Below are positions 1-11,127 of a stretch of DNA of 64,000 nt, in pieces. The translations under genes and the position numbers were made by a program. The notes below the pieces were generated by a model. It was not told where the DNA came from. It saw only the letters and a list, made by a program, of their open reading frames with translations, and made no database searches. Numbering within the stretch: position 1 is the stretch's first letter; every line of letters begins with the position of its first letter. Source of the DNA: Isurus oxyrinchus. Its lineage: Eukaryota. The stretch is from positions 128,650,001 through 128,714,000 of the forward strand of contig JANJGN010000002.1 of assembly GCA_026770705.1 (NCBI GenBank), read 5' to 3'.

Positions 1-128
1 CAGTATGGCTCATTTACCTATGCTAGAAGCACAGGTATATTCACACCCAGGGCCCTGCCCTTTGCAGACAGAAGGAACATGATCACACATTGTGCTTTTT
101 TCAACTGAACAAAAGCTTGCAGGACAAC

Positions 129-357
129 CATTCCCTGGTTCATTCCCCATGACAATGCTTTGGCCAATCAGAGTCTAAATTTGAATGAAAGCTTGGCAGT
201 TAACCGTTCCCTGGTGAATTTTCCATGGCAATGCCTCTAACCATCAGAGCCCATTTGCCAACCAATCAGCACTCATCTCAGGCAGTATAAATTGTTGTTC
301 CCTTTGCTGTTGGTAAACTTGGAAATTGTCCTGATAAGTACAAACAAAAAGCTTCGA
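129..357 (+). mobile_element. Short CCAAT/TATA/hammerhead repeat module, degenerate copy
   Basis: Aligns by eye with 29630-29873: ccaatcag repeats, gtataaattgttgttccctttg, then ttgtc-ctgataa-gtacaaac-aaaa-agct-tc-ga. Confidence 0.65.
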
Positions 358-589
358 TTTCCTTAATAGGGGTGAAATAGAATCAGAATTGTAGTACAGA
401 TTAAAAGGTTACTGTTTGAGGGATTGGTTAGAATTTATTTAATACTGTGATGCTCACTCAAATCATTTACTAACAGAAAATGTTAAAAGTTGGCATAAAA
501 TTAGCCAATTTATGCATTTTGCCCAAAATTGGTTTTACAATGTATATGTTTGAAAAATAATGTTGAAACCCAGAAGTTGAAATCATGAC

Positions 590-810
590 ATTAAGACAAG
601 GGTTCACAAGTTCAAACTGCTAAAAGGCAAATTTAGGAAAGATGTTGGGGAGTTCTTCTGAAAAAAATTGTCAATGTATGAAATCACTCTCCAGTTGGGG
701 TAATAGATGTAAAGACCCTGCAATTGTTTAAAAAGAAAAGCTGGATATTGTATTGGAGGTCTTTAAAATGAGTGGAACAGGATGGGCTGAATGGCCTTTC
801 TCATCCAAAT
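590..810 (+). mobile_element. CR1 LINE 3' fragment, degraded
   Basis: acaaggggttcacaagttcaaact-like TRGH-K region and a tail gggctgaatggcct shared with the other CR1 copies. Confidence 0.55.
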
Positions 811-1743
811 TAATGTTGCAATATTTAAGTTAAAACATCGATCACCATTTTCTACTTGTCAGGCAGCCATTTTGTAAAGTGTGGAACGTGAAACCAAAGA
901 GGAGTCAATGTTTCCCAAATACTTATTGCTGCTGAAGAGCCTCCAAGATGGCCAAGTAGATTTTGAGCTGCAACACCAGTTTAGTCCACATTTAGCACAA
1001 GACACGATTTTGCCAAAGGAGGTGTAGAAACAGCCACCCAAAGGATCACTAAGCAATTGTTTGTCACTTAAATTTCCTGCTAGTGCTCATTAAAGGAGCT
1101 GCAATTTTGGTATTTTGGTGGCCACTTGAATTAACGCCCTCTCCCAACAGATACCTGCTTAAAAGGAGTAAAACAATCTATCCCTGAGGATTTCATACCC
1201 TTCTTAAAAGCATGCTCAGCTTTCACTTCATTTGCTGCTAAATGTTTGAAAAGGACTTTTGAAACGCATCAGGAGACTTCTTGGGGCAGTTTATCAAGAG
1301 TTCATCAGCACTCATTAGCATTTCTTTAGAGGACTTCACCGGTATATCCAACAGCAAGTTGTGGACACAAATAGCTTGTGAACTTTGTCACAAAGATTAA
1401 GATCCTCCATTCAGATGCTCTTTCCCTTTTCAAATAAGCCAGGCTTCCCCCACAATATGCATGATTCTATACCTTTTGCTCATTTCTCCCTTCTTGCCTT
1501 CTCCACACTCATCTTGTTCATTGTCTCTTAACTCTATTCGCACTAAACTGATGATCACCAATCTGTCCTGGTGCGCATGCAATTCACTGCAGAGAAATTT
1601 GAAGGAATGTATTGTGTTTTAAATGAATAGAGAAGGAATACCTATCCTAAACAATGAGACTTACCAGAGTGACAGAGCAAAGAGCTCCAGGTGAGCAGAC
1701 ATTTAGAGATGGGAGTGCAGGCAAAAGAAACCATAAGAGCAAA

Positions 1744-2151
1744 GACTTGCATTTATAAAGCACTTACCACAACCACCAGACCCCTCAAAGTGATTTATAG
1801 CCAGTGAAGTAGTCTTGAAATGCTATCATGGTTGTAATGTAGGACACAGCCCATTTGCAGCAATGTGACAATGACCATATAATCTGTTTTGGGGGTAAAT
1901 ATTGACCAAGACACTGGGCATGACTCCCCTGCTCTTTTTCAACATAGTGTCATGGAATCTTGTACATCCACCCAAGCAGGCAGATGGTGCTCGGTTAAAC
2001 ATCTCATCTGAAAGACTGCACCTCTGACAGTGCAACACTCCCCCAGTACTGCACTGGACTGTCAACCTTGGTTTTGGGCGCTCAAGCCCTGGAGTGGGAC
2101 TTGAACCTTGTGACTCAAGGTGAGATTGCTACCAAGTGAGCCACAGCTGAC
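1744..2151 (-). mobile_element. tRNA-headed Deu-domain SINE (SacSINE1/AmnSINE1 superfamily)
   Basis: Minus strand has A/B boxes (tggctcacttgg, ggttcaagtc) and the Deu-type core gaggtgcagtctttcagatgagatgtttaaccgag. Related copies at about 6750-7185, 12735-12935, 23345-23550, 38820-40390 and 41240-41570. Confidence 0.75.
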
Positions 2152-2978
2152 GCACCATAAAAACACAAATGAAATTCTGAGTTTCATCCCTAAAGATATT
2201 GAATGTAGCTGTACCACTGAGTGTCGTGTCCACAGCTGTATGGGGACTGACATAGCTTGATTGTTGCTTTGTGAGGGGGATGCAGCCTTCTGAAACAATA
2301 CCAAGGAAAACAGTGAAGTTTTCCCACCAGATCTTACAGACAGGGACATGTAGGTGGTAGAATAGATGTCCCAAAGGCCACTTGCTCAGTGTTTGTCGAG
2401 CCTGGTTTCTCGGTGATGATCTACTGATCCTTTTTTCCTCACTCAAAGCAGAATAACAGAAGGAAGTGTAAGGTCGATCCCCATTGCATATCAAAGCTTA
2501 AAAATATTTTTAACTTGAAAGACACTCCCAACAACTTGCCAAAGTTAATTTAAAATAAAACTTTAAATATTCTGATTTTAAACATACTTGCGCATCGCCC
2601 TCCAATGTAGAATGCTTCTAGCCCACCATAAGCAGGCCCCACTGCTGATTTCCCTCAGACATGGGTTTCCACTTGTAGCTAGTAGGTAAGGAAGGAAGGA
2701 AATGGGGTCCTGCAATGGAGCCTAGCCACTTGGTTTAACTTACATTCAACTATTAAAGATGTCACCCTCCTAGTGGGAGCAGAGTAACTTTGAGCAGCAG
2801 TTACTTCTTGGCAGTCAGAGATTTAGTGATAGGTGCCGCTGTCCCATTGACCTTGATGTATCCGACTCGGAAGCACTGGTCAAGGTTTAAAGTGAGGGGA
2901 CCCACCCCAACATCCTGTAACTCATCCTCAGCAATGCCACAGGAAATACACTAGTAAATCAGTTGGGACAGATTTCTT

Positions 2979-3067
2979 AGATAAAAGCAAAAAACTGCGG
3001 ATGCTGGAAATCCAAAACAAAAATAAAAATACCTGGAAAAACTCAGCAGGTCTGACAGACCTTCTTT
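2979..3067 (-). mobile_element. Penelope-like tail-only insertion with 12-bp TSD
   Basis: Matches the PLE terminal sequence (acctggaaaaactcagcaggtc); GACAGATTTCTT flanks it at 2967-2978 and 3068-3079. Confidence 0.75.
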
Positions 3068-4457
3068 GACAGATTTCTTCTTTGCACCCTGGTTTAAGGG
3101 CTTGGTCAGACAGAAGCAAAGATTCAGATGCAACCTGCCATAATTTCCCATCCATTAAGGTTGATAAGACCATGAGAGGTTTGCAGGTCGCATTTACAGC
3201 AGTGCTTCTCACCCCACAAAGCTCATAAATCCAGGCTGTGAAGAGAAAAATCTTCCCTGCTATGTCTGATTTCATGTATCAGACACGGCCCCTTTGTTAC
3301 ATATATAAACAGTCCTAACAAAGCAGCCCACTGCAGTGCCATCAACAACGGTAAAGTGTATTTATATTGTAACATTGAGGTGCAAGAGCTTAGGGCATTG
3401 ATGCAAATTAAAAGATTTTGAATATATTATAGATGATTTCGACCGCTTTGTGTCTGCATTTAGCTTACAACTTACTACCGGAGCTCAAGTTTGTAACGTA
3501 ATATATCAATACAACAAAATTTCCATTAAAAATTATTCAATTTATTTTTAGAATGGCACTTTTTGTGTTCAAAATATTTCTGTTTTTTAATCGGAGGCTG
3601 TGCTCTTCTGAGAAGCTAGTGTCTACAATTCCTGAAGACCCCAGAGTCATCTCTCTACATACAATCAACAATTATTAGGAATTCTTTCTTACACTTAAGG
3701 AGTGAGACTGGCTGTTCACAGGTATTGCTGCTTTTAGGCCCCTCACTTCTACTTCTTCCATTTCCAGGTGCTGGAGAATTACTGGCATCACAATATGAGA
3801 AAAAAGCATTTTTGGACCTTCTGAAAATAAATAATCCCTAACAATGCATGAGTGTTCTGGCCTACTCCGCTAGCAGGGCACCCGACATGGTCCCCTACCC
3901 TACTGGGAACAAGGAATCCCTATGCCAGTAGTTGCCCACTTCCCCATGCTCAGTGTGAGGTGGTCTAAGTGTGAGGGCAGGTATGCCCAGAAAGGTGCAA
4001 ATGAGCTCCACCAGAGGGGCAACTCTCCTTTTTCCCCAGCCAAGTGACAGCACGTACCAGAATACCTGACGTGTAGGCTGACAAGCACAGAGGCCTCACA
4101 CTAAGTGCTTGCAAGCCATAGGCTTGTCCTATTCACTTGCCTGCCCCAAGTACTTGCCAACAAGCATGCTTACTCAGCTAGTTGTATACAGAGCAAAATC
4201 TCGCTGACTATTCTTGGACTTCAATGCTCCTCCATGTATCCCTTAGGGAGTAGTGCAAAAATAATTGTAGAACGACAAAATAAGTTAGAGGGAGAATAGT
4301 TTTCTTCATGGGAGATGAACAATATTGCACATTGTATTTTAAATGCTTAACCTTATAATAGTTAAAAATCAAAAGCTGGTACAGCTCCTATCACATTTAA
4401 ATCATTGAAATCAGCCACAAAATGCTAAGCTTTTTCCATTGCTACCGTACCCCTAAT

Positions 4458-4840
4458 GTAGTATAATGGTTAGTAGTTGTGTTGCTGGACTAATAATCCA
4501 GAGGCCTGGACAAATGACCTGGAGACGTGAGTTTAAATCCCACTGCAGCAGCTGGAGAACTTAAATTCAATTAAATAAATCTGGAATAAAACACTAGTAT
4601 CTGTAATGGTAACCATGAAGCTACAGGATTCTTGTTCATGAATGCCTCAGGATTCTTGTTCATGAATGCCATTCTTATGTGGTCTGGCCTATATGTGACA
4701 ATGTGGTAAACTCTTAACTGATCTCTGAAATGGTGCAGCAAGCACTCAATTGTATTCAAGAAGGTGACTCACCATCATTTTCTCAAGGGCAATTGCTGAT
4801 GAGCGATATGAGCAGTGATGCTGACACCCTCATGAAAGGG
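4458..4840 (+). mobile_element. tRNA-derived SINE sharing its 3' tail with the LINE at 7278-8415
   Basis: gagtttaaatccc B-box, body aaattcaattaaataaatctgg, tail ctcaccatcattttctcaagggcaatt. Related copies at about 11515-11935 (+), 18030-18390 (-) and 33070-33435 (+). Confidence 0.7.
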
Positions 4841-4897
4841 AAAAACTCGCCACTATAGACAATTACAAAGTCACCGTTTCAAGTATTTAAAACAGAT

Positions 4898-6124
4898 ATA
4901 AAAACAAAAAACAAAAAACTGCGGATGCTGCAAATACAAAACAAAAACAGATTTACCTGGAAAAACTCAGCAGGTCAGGCAGCATCGGCGGAGAAGAAAA
5001 GAGTTGACGTTTCAAGTCCTCATGACCCTTCGACAGAACTAGGTGAATCCAAGGAAGGGGTGAAATATAAGCTGGTTTAAGGTGGTGGTGGTGGCGGGGG
5101 GGGGGGGGGGGGGGGAGAGAAGTGGAAGGGGGGGGTGTGGTTGTAGGCAAAAGCAGTGATAGAAGCAGATCATCAAAAGATGTCACAGACAGCAGGACAA
5201 AAGAACACATAGGTGTCGAAGTTGGTGATATTATCTAAACGAATGTGCTAATTAAGAATGGATGGCAGGGCACTCAAGGTATAGCTCTAGTGGGGGTGGG
5301 GGGGAGCATAAAAGATTTAAAAATATTTTAAAATAATGGAAATAGGTGGGAAAAAGAAAAATCTATATAATTTATTGGAAAAAACAAAAGGAAGGGGGAA
5401 GAAACAGAAAGGGGGGTTGGGGATGGAGGGGGGAGGTCAAGACCTAAAGTTGTTGAATTCAATATTCAGTCCGGAAGGCTGTAAAGTGCCTAGTGCTCTC
5501 TTGCCCACATGTCTGTCCTTGGCTTGCTGCATTGTTCCAGTGAAGCCCAATGCAAACTGGAGGAACAACACCTCATCTTCCGACTAGGCACTTTACAGCC
5601 TTCCGGACTGAATATTGAATTCAACAACTTTAGGTCTTGACCTCCCCCCTCCATCTCCACCCCCCCTTTCTGTTTCTTTCCCCCTTCCTTTTTTTTCCAA
5701 TAAATTATATAGATTTTTCTTTTTCCCACCTATTTCCGTTATTTTAAAATATTTTAAAATCTTTTATGGACCCCCCACCCCCACTAGAGCTATACCTTGA
5801 GTGCCCTGCCATCCATTCTTAATTAGCACATTCGTTTAGATAATATCACCAACTTCGACACCAATGTGTTCTTTTGTCCTGCTGTCTGTGACATCTTTTG
5901 ATGATCTGCTTCTATCACTGCTTTTGCCCACAACCACACCACCCCCCTCCACTTCTCTCCCCCCACCCCCCACCACCACCACCACCTTAAACCAGCTTAT
6001 ATTTCAACCCTCCCTGGGATTCACTAAGTTCTGTCGAAGGGTCATGAGGACTCGAAACGTCAACTCTTTTCTTCTCCGCTGATGCTGCCAGACCTGCTGA
6101 GTTTTTCCAGGTAATTCTGTTTTT
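4898..6124. mobile_element. Penelope-like element 3' ends in inverted arrangement, one insertion with 15-bp TSD
   Basis: Minus arm 4898-5494 and plus arm 5494-6124 both match the 3' end of the PLE at 36538-38175. GTATTTAAAACAGAT occurs at 4883-4897 and 6125-6139. Confidence 0.9.
6027..6065 (+). ncRNA. Minimal type I hammerhead ribozyme motif (variant core CUGUCGA) in PLE terminal repeat
   Basis: AGTT-CTGTCGA-A-GGGTC-ATGAG-GACTC-GAAACGTC-AACT: stem I AGTT/AACT, stem II GGGTC/GACTC, palindromic ACGT in place of stem III, GUC site. Mirror copy on the - strand at 5002-5040. Confidence 0.7.
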
Positions 6125-6325
6125 GTATTTAAAACAGATGTTCAGCCATTCACACATTGTTAATGTGCAATTCACTGTATACTTAATTGCCTCCATCTGA
6201 TGTTGGGTTGTGCAGCTCAAACCTGACTGCAATAACAAGCGTGGTCAGTGAGTAAATAACACCTCAGGTTCATTTATCTTGTGTAGAATATCCCCTCTAA
6301 ATGGCGTGGGGTTACATGCTATACT

Positions 6326-6556
6326 AGCTTGGCCTAAATAGCCAAGTGGTTATGGTACTGGGCTTGTAACCCCAAGATCAAGAGTTCAAATCTCACAATG
6401 GCAAACAATGTAACTTCATCTGAAACAGATGGAAACGGGTTTGTACTCGAAAGAGTTACATCAAGAGTTCAAATCTCACAATGGCAAACTATGAAACAAT
6501 GTAACTTCATCTGTATAGGAACAGATGGAAACGTATTTGTACTCAAAAGAGTTACA
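6326..6556 (+). mobile_element. Dimeric tRNA-Thr(TGT)-derived SINE
   Basis: A-box TAGCCAAGTGG, anticodon loop CTTGTAA, B-box GAGTTCAAATC; the B-box + tail unit is present twice; direct repeat GTTACATGCTATACT at 6311-6325 and 6551-6565. Confidence 0.8.
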
Positions 6557-6749
6557 TGCTATACTACTCAACACTGACTGCAGCAGCAAACATGCTTTGG
6601 AACCTTTTCCCATCGGCTTGTGGTATACCATGCAAAGTAGACCACCTGGATAAATGCAGGCTTTTTTCTGAATGGGTATGCCTCTTGGATCACAAAAGGA
6701 GGGGTTGCAAATTTGTCTTGAAAATAATATGTCATAGAAAGAAAAAAGA

Positions 6750-7185
6750 CTTGTGTTTATGTGGTGCTTTGCACAACTACTGGACATCTTAAAATGCTTT
6801 ACAGTCAAGTACTTTTTTTTTGAGGTGTCACTATTGGAACGTAGGAAATGTGGCAGCTAATTTGTGTTTAGTAAACTCCTGCAAACAGCAATGTGATAAT
6901 GACTAATTAATCTTTTTTTTGTGATGTTGATTGAGGGATTGGCCAGGACACCGGGGATAATTCCTCTGCTCTTCCTTGAAATAGTACCAGGGGATCCTTT
7001 ACTTCCACCCAAGCGGACCTTGGTTTAATATTTCATCTGAAAGATGGCACTTGTGACAGTGCAATGTTCCCTCAGTACTGCAGTGGAGTATCAGCCTTGA
7101 TTATTGTGCTCAAGCCCTGGAGTGGGACTTGTGTCCGGAACCTTGTTTCAGAGGTGAGTGTGCTGTCAACTGTGCTGAGGCTGAC
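6750..7185 (-). mobile_element. Deu-domain SINE copy
   Basis: Collinear with 1744-2151 (tcatctgaaagatggcac...cagtactgca...ctcaagccctggagtgggacttg). Confidence 0.75.
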
Positions 7186-7277
7186 ACTATGCTGCAAAAA
7201 GTCCTGTTTCATTTATTCACTAGTAATTTTCTGCACTCGTATTCAATAGTAATTGCGTGCGGGCGCGCACACGCACA

Positions 7278-8415
7278 TGAGGTGAGACTGACTGCCCTTG
7301 ACATCAAGGCAGCATTTGACCGAGTATGGCATCAAGGAGTCCTAGCAAAACTGGAATCAATGGGAATCAGGAGGAAAACTCTGCACTGGTTGGAGTCATA
7401 CTTAGCACAAAGCAAGATGGCTGTGGTTGTTGAGGTCAATCGTCTCAGTTCCAGGACATCACTGCAGGAGCTCCTCAGGACAGTGTCTTAGGCCCGACCA
7501 TCTTCAGCTTCTTCAGTGACCTTCCTTCCATCATAAGGTCAGAAGTGGCATTGTGCAATCGTCAGCAAACAACGTTCACCATTCGCAACTCCTCAGATAT
7601 TGAAGCAGTCCATGATCAAATGCCGCACGACCTAGACAATATCCAGGCTTGGGCTGACAAGTGGCAAGTAACATAAGTGCCAGGCAATGACTATCTCCAA
7701 CAAGAGAGAATCTAACCATCACCCCTTGACACTCACTGGCATTACCATCACTGAATCCCCCACTATCAACATCCTGGGGGTTATTATTGACCAGAAAATG
7801 AACTGGACTAGCCATATAAATACTGTGGCTATGAGAGCAGGTCAGAAGCTAAGAATCCTATGGCGAGTAACTCATCTCCTGACTCCCCAAAGCCCGTCTA
7901 CCATCTACAAAGCACAAGTCAGGAGTGCAATGGAGTACTCTCCACTCGGCTAGATGAGTTCAGCTCTAATAACACTTGAAGCTTGGCACCATCCAGGACA
8001 AAGCAGCCCCCTTGATTGGCACCCTATCCACAAACATTCACTCCCTCCATCACTGATGCACAGTGGCAGCAGTGTGTACCACCTACTAGATACACTGCAG
8101 GAACTCGCCAAGGGTCCTTAGCACCTTACAAACCCACGACCGCTACCATCAAGAAGGACAAGGGCAGCTGACACTTGGGAACACCACCACCTGGAAGTTC
8201 TCCAAGCTACTCACCACCCTGACTTGGAAATATATCGCCTATCCTTCACTGTCGCTGGATCAAAATCCTGGAACTCCCTCCCTAATAGCACTGTGAGTGT
8301 GCCTATCCACATGGACTGCAGCACTTCAAGAAGGCAGCTCACCATCACCTTCTCAAAGGCAATTAGGGATGGGTGATGGCTTAGCCAGTTACGCCCACAT
8401 TCCATGAATGAATAG
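7278..8415 (+). mobile_element. 5'-truncated non-LTR retrotransposon (CR1/L2 supergroup), RT remnant plus 3' tail
   Basis: EVRLTALDIKAAFDRVWHQG..AKLESMGI..KTLHWLESYL, ILGVIIDQKMNWTSHI, IYKAQVRSAMEYS; frameshifted; ends ccatgaatgaata. Tail fragments at about 12040-12205 and 13870-14140. Confidence 0.85.
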
Positions 8416-11008
8416 AAACAAACACACACACAGCAGGAAAATCAGCTTAGTACCACTGTGGCTATCCAAAGTGGTGGGGGCTGTATCAGTAAAGGTGTCC
8501 AAGATGCTGATTGTTGTACAAACCTGCTAAGCCCCACACCAATGTAGTTGACTTCTTTACTGCTCTCTGAAATGGCTTAGCAAGTCACTCAGTTGCACCA
8601 AATTGCTACTGTGGTTTAGGAATAAGGTTCACCACCGGCTTCTTAGGGTAACTAGGGATGAGCAATTAATATTGGCCTTGCCACTGATGCCAACATGGCA
8701 AGAATGAATTTTATAGAAAGCATACACACTACCTCACTGAGCAGTGGCACAGGAGATCTGTTTTTATTTTTAAGTACTTCTCTCTGTTCAGATGTACACT
8801 GGATCTTCATTTGTGAGTCGGGTTTGCAGAGTCGGGAAAATTCCCATTTTAAAAATGGCTGTGTGGACTTCAGATTTTTGGACCTGGGGGTGAGAGAGCA
8901 TGTTGAGGAGGTGACCCTAGAAATAATGAGGATGATGCCGGGCCTGGAGTTGGGTAGGGTGGAAGGCCTGCTTCGGGGCTCGCTCTAGCACAGTGTCCAA
9001 AATTTTAAAAAAATGAATACATGAAACTTCTCTACAGCCCTGACCGCCTCGCCCCTTCGCTCATGATGCACTCCCCGTGCCCATCCATGCTAGCCCATTC
9101 CACCTCATGCCCTGTACCCAACCCATAACCCATCATACCCTCCATACCAACCTATGTCCCGTACCTACCTCCTGGTCCCGCACATGCTCCATGCCAATTT
9201 ATATCCCTGGCCCTTTATAGCCCTTATTTCAACTTAGTACCAACCCATGTGCCCATCCACCAACTTTTGCCCTTACTTACCATGCCAACCCTCCCAGTGT
9301 CCACCATGGGCAGACCTCAGGACTCACGCAGAGCTGAGGTAAAATAAAATAGTGTCAACTGCAGACTTCATTACATTGAAAAAAATGCATTTATTATATT
9401 TGCATTCCTTCAACCACGTAAAGCCTTATAATAACAACAAACATTTCATTCAGTTGCACAATCCCTTACAACAACAAGCATTGGAAATAATAGTTCTAAT
9501 TCAAAGAGTCTCTAACGACTTGTAGCTGTCAATTGAACTGTTAAATGGCAGGCTATGACAATGGATGGTTATGAAATCAGTCATGCAGCAGTAATCCAGA
9601 AATGGAAGCCCCCAGACTTATGTCAACAGTGAAATAGCAAGCAATGTATTTTTTAACACCACAGATTTTTTTTTCAGTGTTTCAAAGGGCAGGAGTTTTA
9701 AATACCTTGATAACTTAACAGCTGTCTTTGACATGTTTTTGACAAGTCTTCTTGATGTTATTGACAGGTCCTCTTGAAAGTTGCTTTTGACAGTTGATTT
9801 TGATAAGTCTGTTGACAATTCCAATCAACTTTACAGTTAATGAGTTTATGCATTTTTACACACATTCATGCCTAATTCTAAAAATTCCAAAGGGCACCTG
9901 ACCTCCCCCAAAGGGTACCTGTCCCCAAGGTGTCCCGGGACCAGACCCAAAGGCAAACCTTATCTCTCCAAAAGTATACCCTACTCTACTCTGCACATTT
10001 CAGGTTTCATACTCCTGGGCTACCAAAATCTGACTTGAGTGGAGGCAGCTGATGATTTAAATGACCAGCTTGCATCCATGAATCATGCATGCGCGAAGCA
10101 CGAACCGCCCCCACTCCCGCCCCCGCAAAAATGGGACGTGCCATGTCGGGAACAGAACTTGCAATTTCCAGGCTGTATCGTGGCAAAAATTTGGGCCTTA
10201 CTACCAGACCTGCTGAGTTCTTCCAGCATTTTCTGTTTTATATCACTGTCTACAATACTATTTCACAAGTTTCGATTGCATATCATTTAGTTTTTTTTTA
10301 ATGTGCAGGAAGGATATAACCAGTGTATATTTGTTAAAATATTAATACTGAGTTTTAATAATTTTTTTTCAAATTGCTATTTGTGGTAAACCTTTGTTTG
10401 AATGCATGTAGTTTGTGTTCATGCAACTGAAGTTCAGAAGCAATACTGATAGTGAAACATATATTGATGCACTAAAGTGTACCATTACTGAGTGGATTGT
10501 ATTTCATGCATTGTGGAATAGTACACATTTTTAAAGATTAGGTGAATACTTCAAGCTATGACAGCCATGCACAACATTTAAAACCTTCAGCTAGGTTATA
10601 TTTAACTACTGTTAAGGATTCTGCAGAGAAAGCAGACCTTTACTGATAGCTCTTGCTGATTCCTCTTTGTACTGCAGTTTGTTTAATTATGCATTAATGA
10701 TTTACTCCAACAGTCTATGCCTTTGTGTTGTACAATTCTGTCCATTTTTAATGTCTCCCTTGAGTCTTAGATCAATAATAACAATCTGTACTTCCATTGA
10801 AATAAGCTCCATGTATCTATTACCACTTGATCTAAATGCAGTCTGGCTTAGTCTTCAATCGCATAGGCTGATTCACATGTAAATTTCAAAAGTATTATCG
10901 CTACAAAGAGCGTGTAATTGCTGCAACTTTTTACCTTTTATAAACTGGATTAATCTATTCTTCTAGGACTTGCATTGAGCAATTAAGCAGGTTATCAATG
11001 TATACAAT

Positions 11009-11127
11009 AAAAGCAAAACACTGCAGAAGTTGGAAATCTGAAATAAAAACAGAAAATGCTGGAAAAACTAAGCAGGTCTGGCAGCATGTCTAGACCTGCT
11101 GAGTTCTTCCAGCATTTTCTGCTTTTA
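11009..11127. mobile_element. Miniature palindrome of PLE tail with 16-bp TSD
   Basis: cagaaaatgctggaaaaactaagcaggtct is inverted against agacctgctgagttcttccagcattttctg; TATCAATGT(A/C)TACAAT at 10993-11008 and 11128-11143. Confidence 0.7.

Noticed and set aside
6332-6403. Functional tRNA-Thr gene
   Set aside because: Acceptor and T stems pair poorly, there is no oligo-T terminator, and it is fused to a repeated tail with a second copy elsewhere, so it is a SINE head.
6409-6460. Hammerhead or other known ribozyme in the tRNA-Thr SINE tail
   Set aside because: It has GAAA linkers and three stems but no correctly placed CUGANGA on either strand.
8800-10197. Large TIR element with CCATGC-rich low-complexity interior
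   Set aside because: Only one plausible terminus was found and no transposase motif; probably a repeat but not delimitable.
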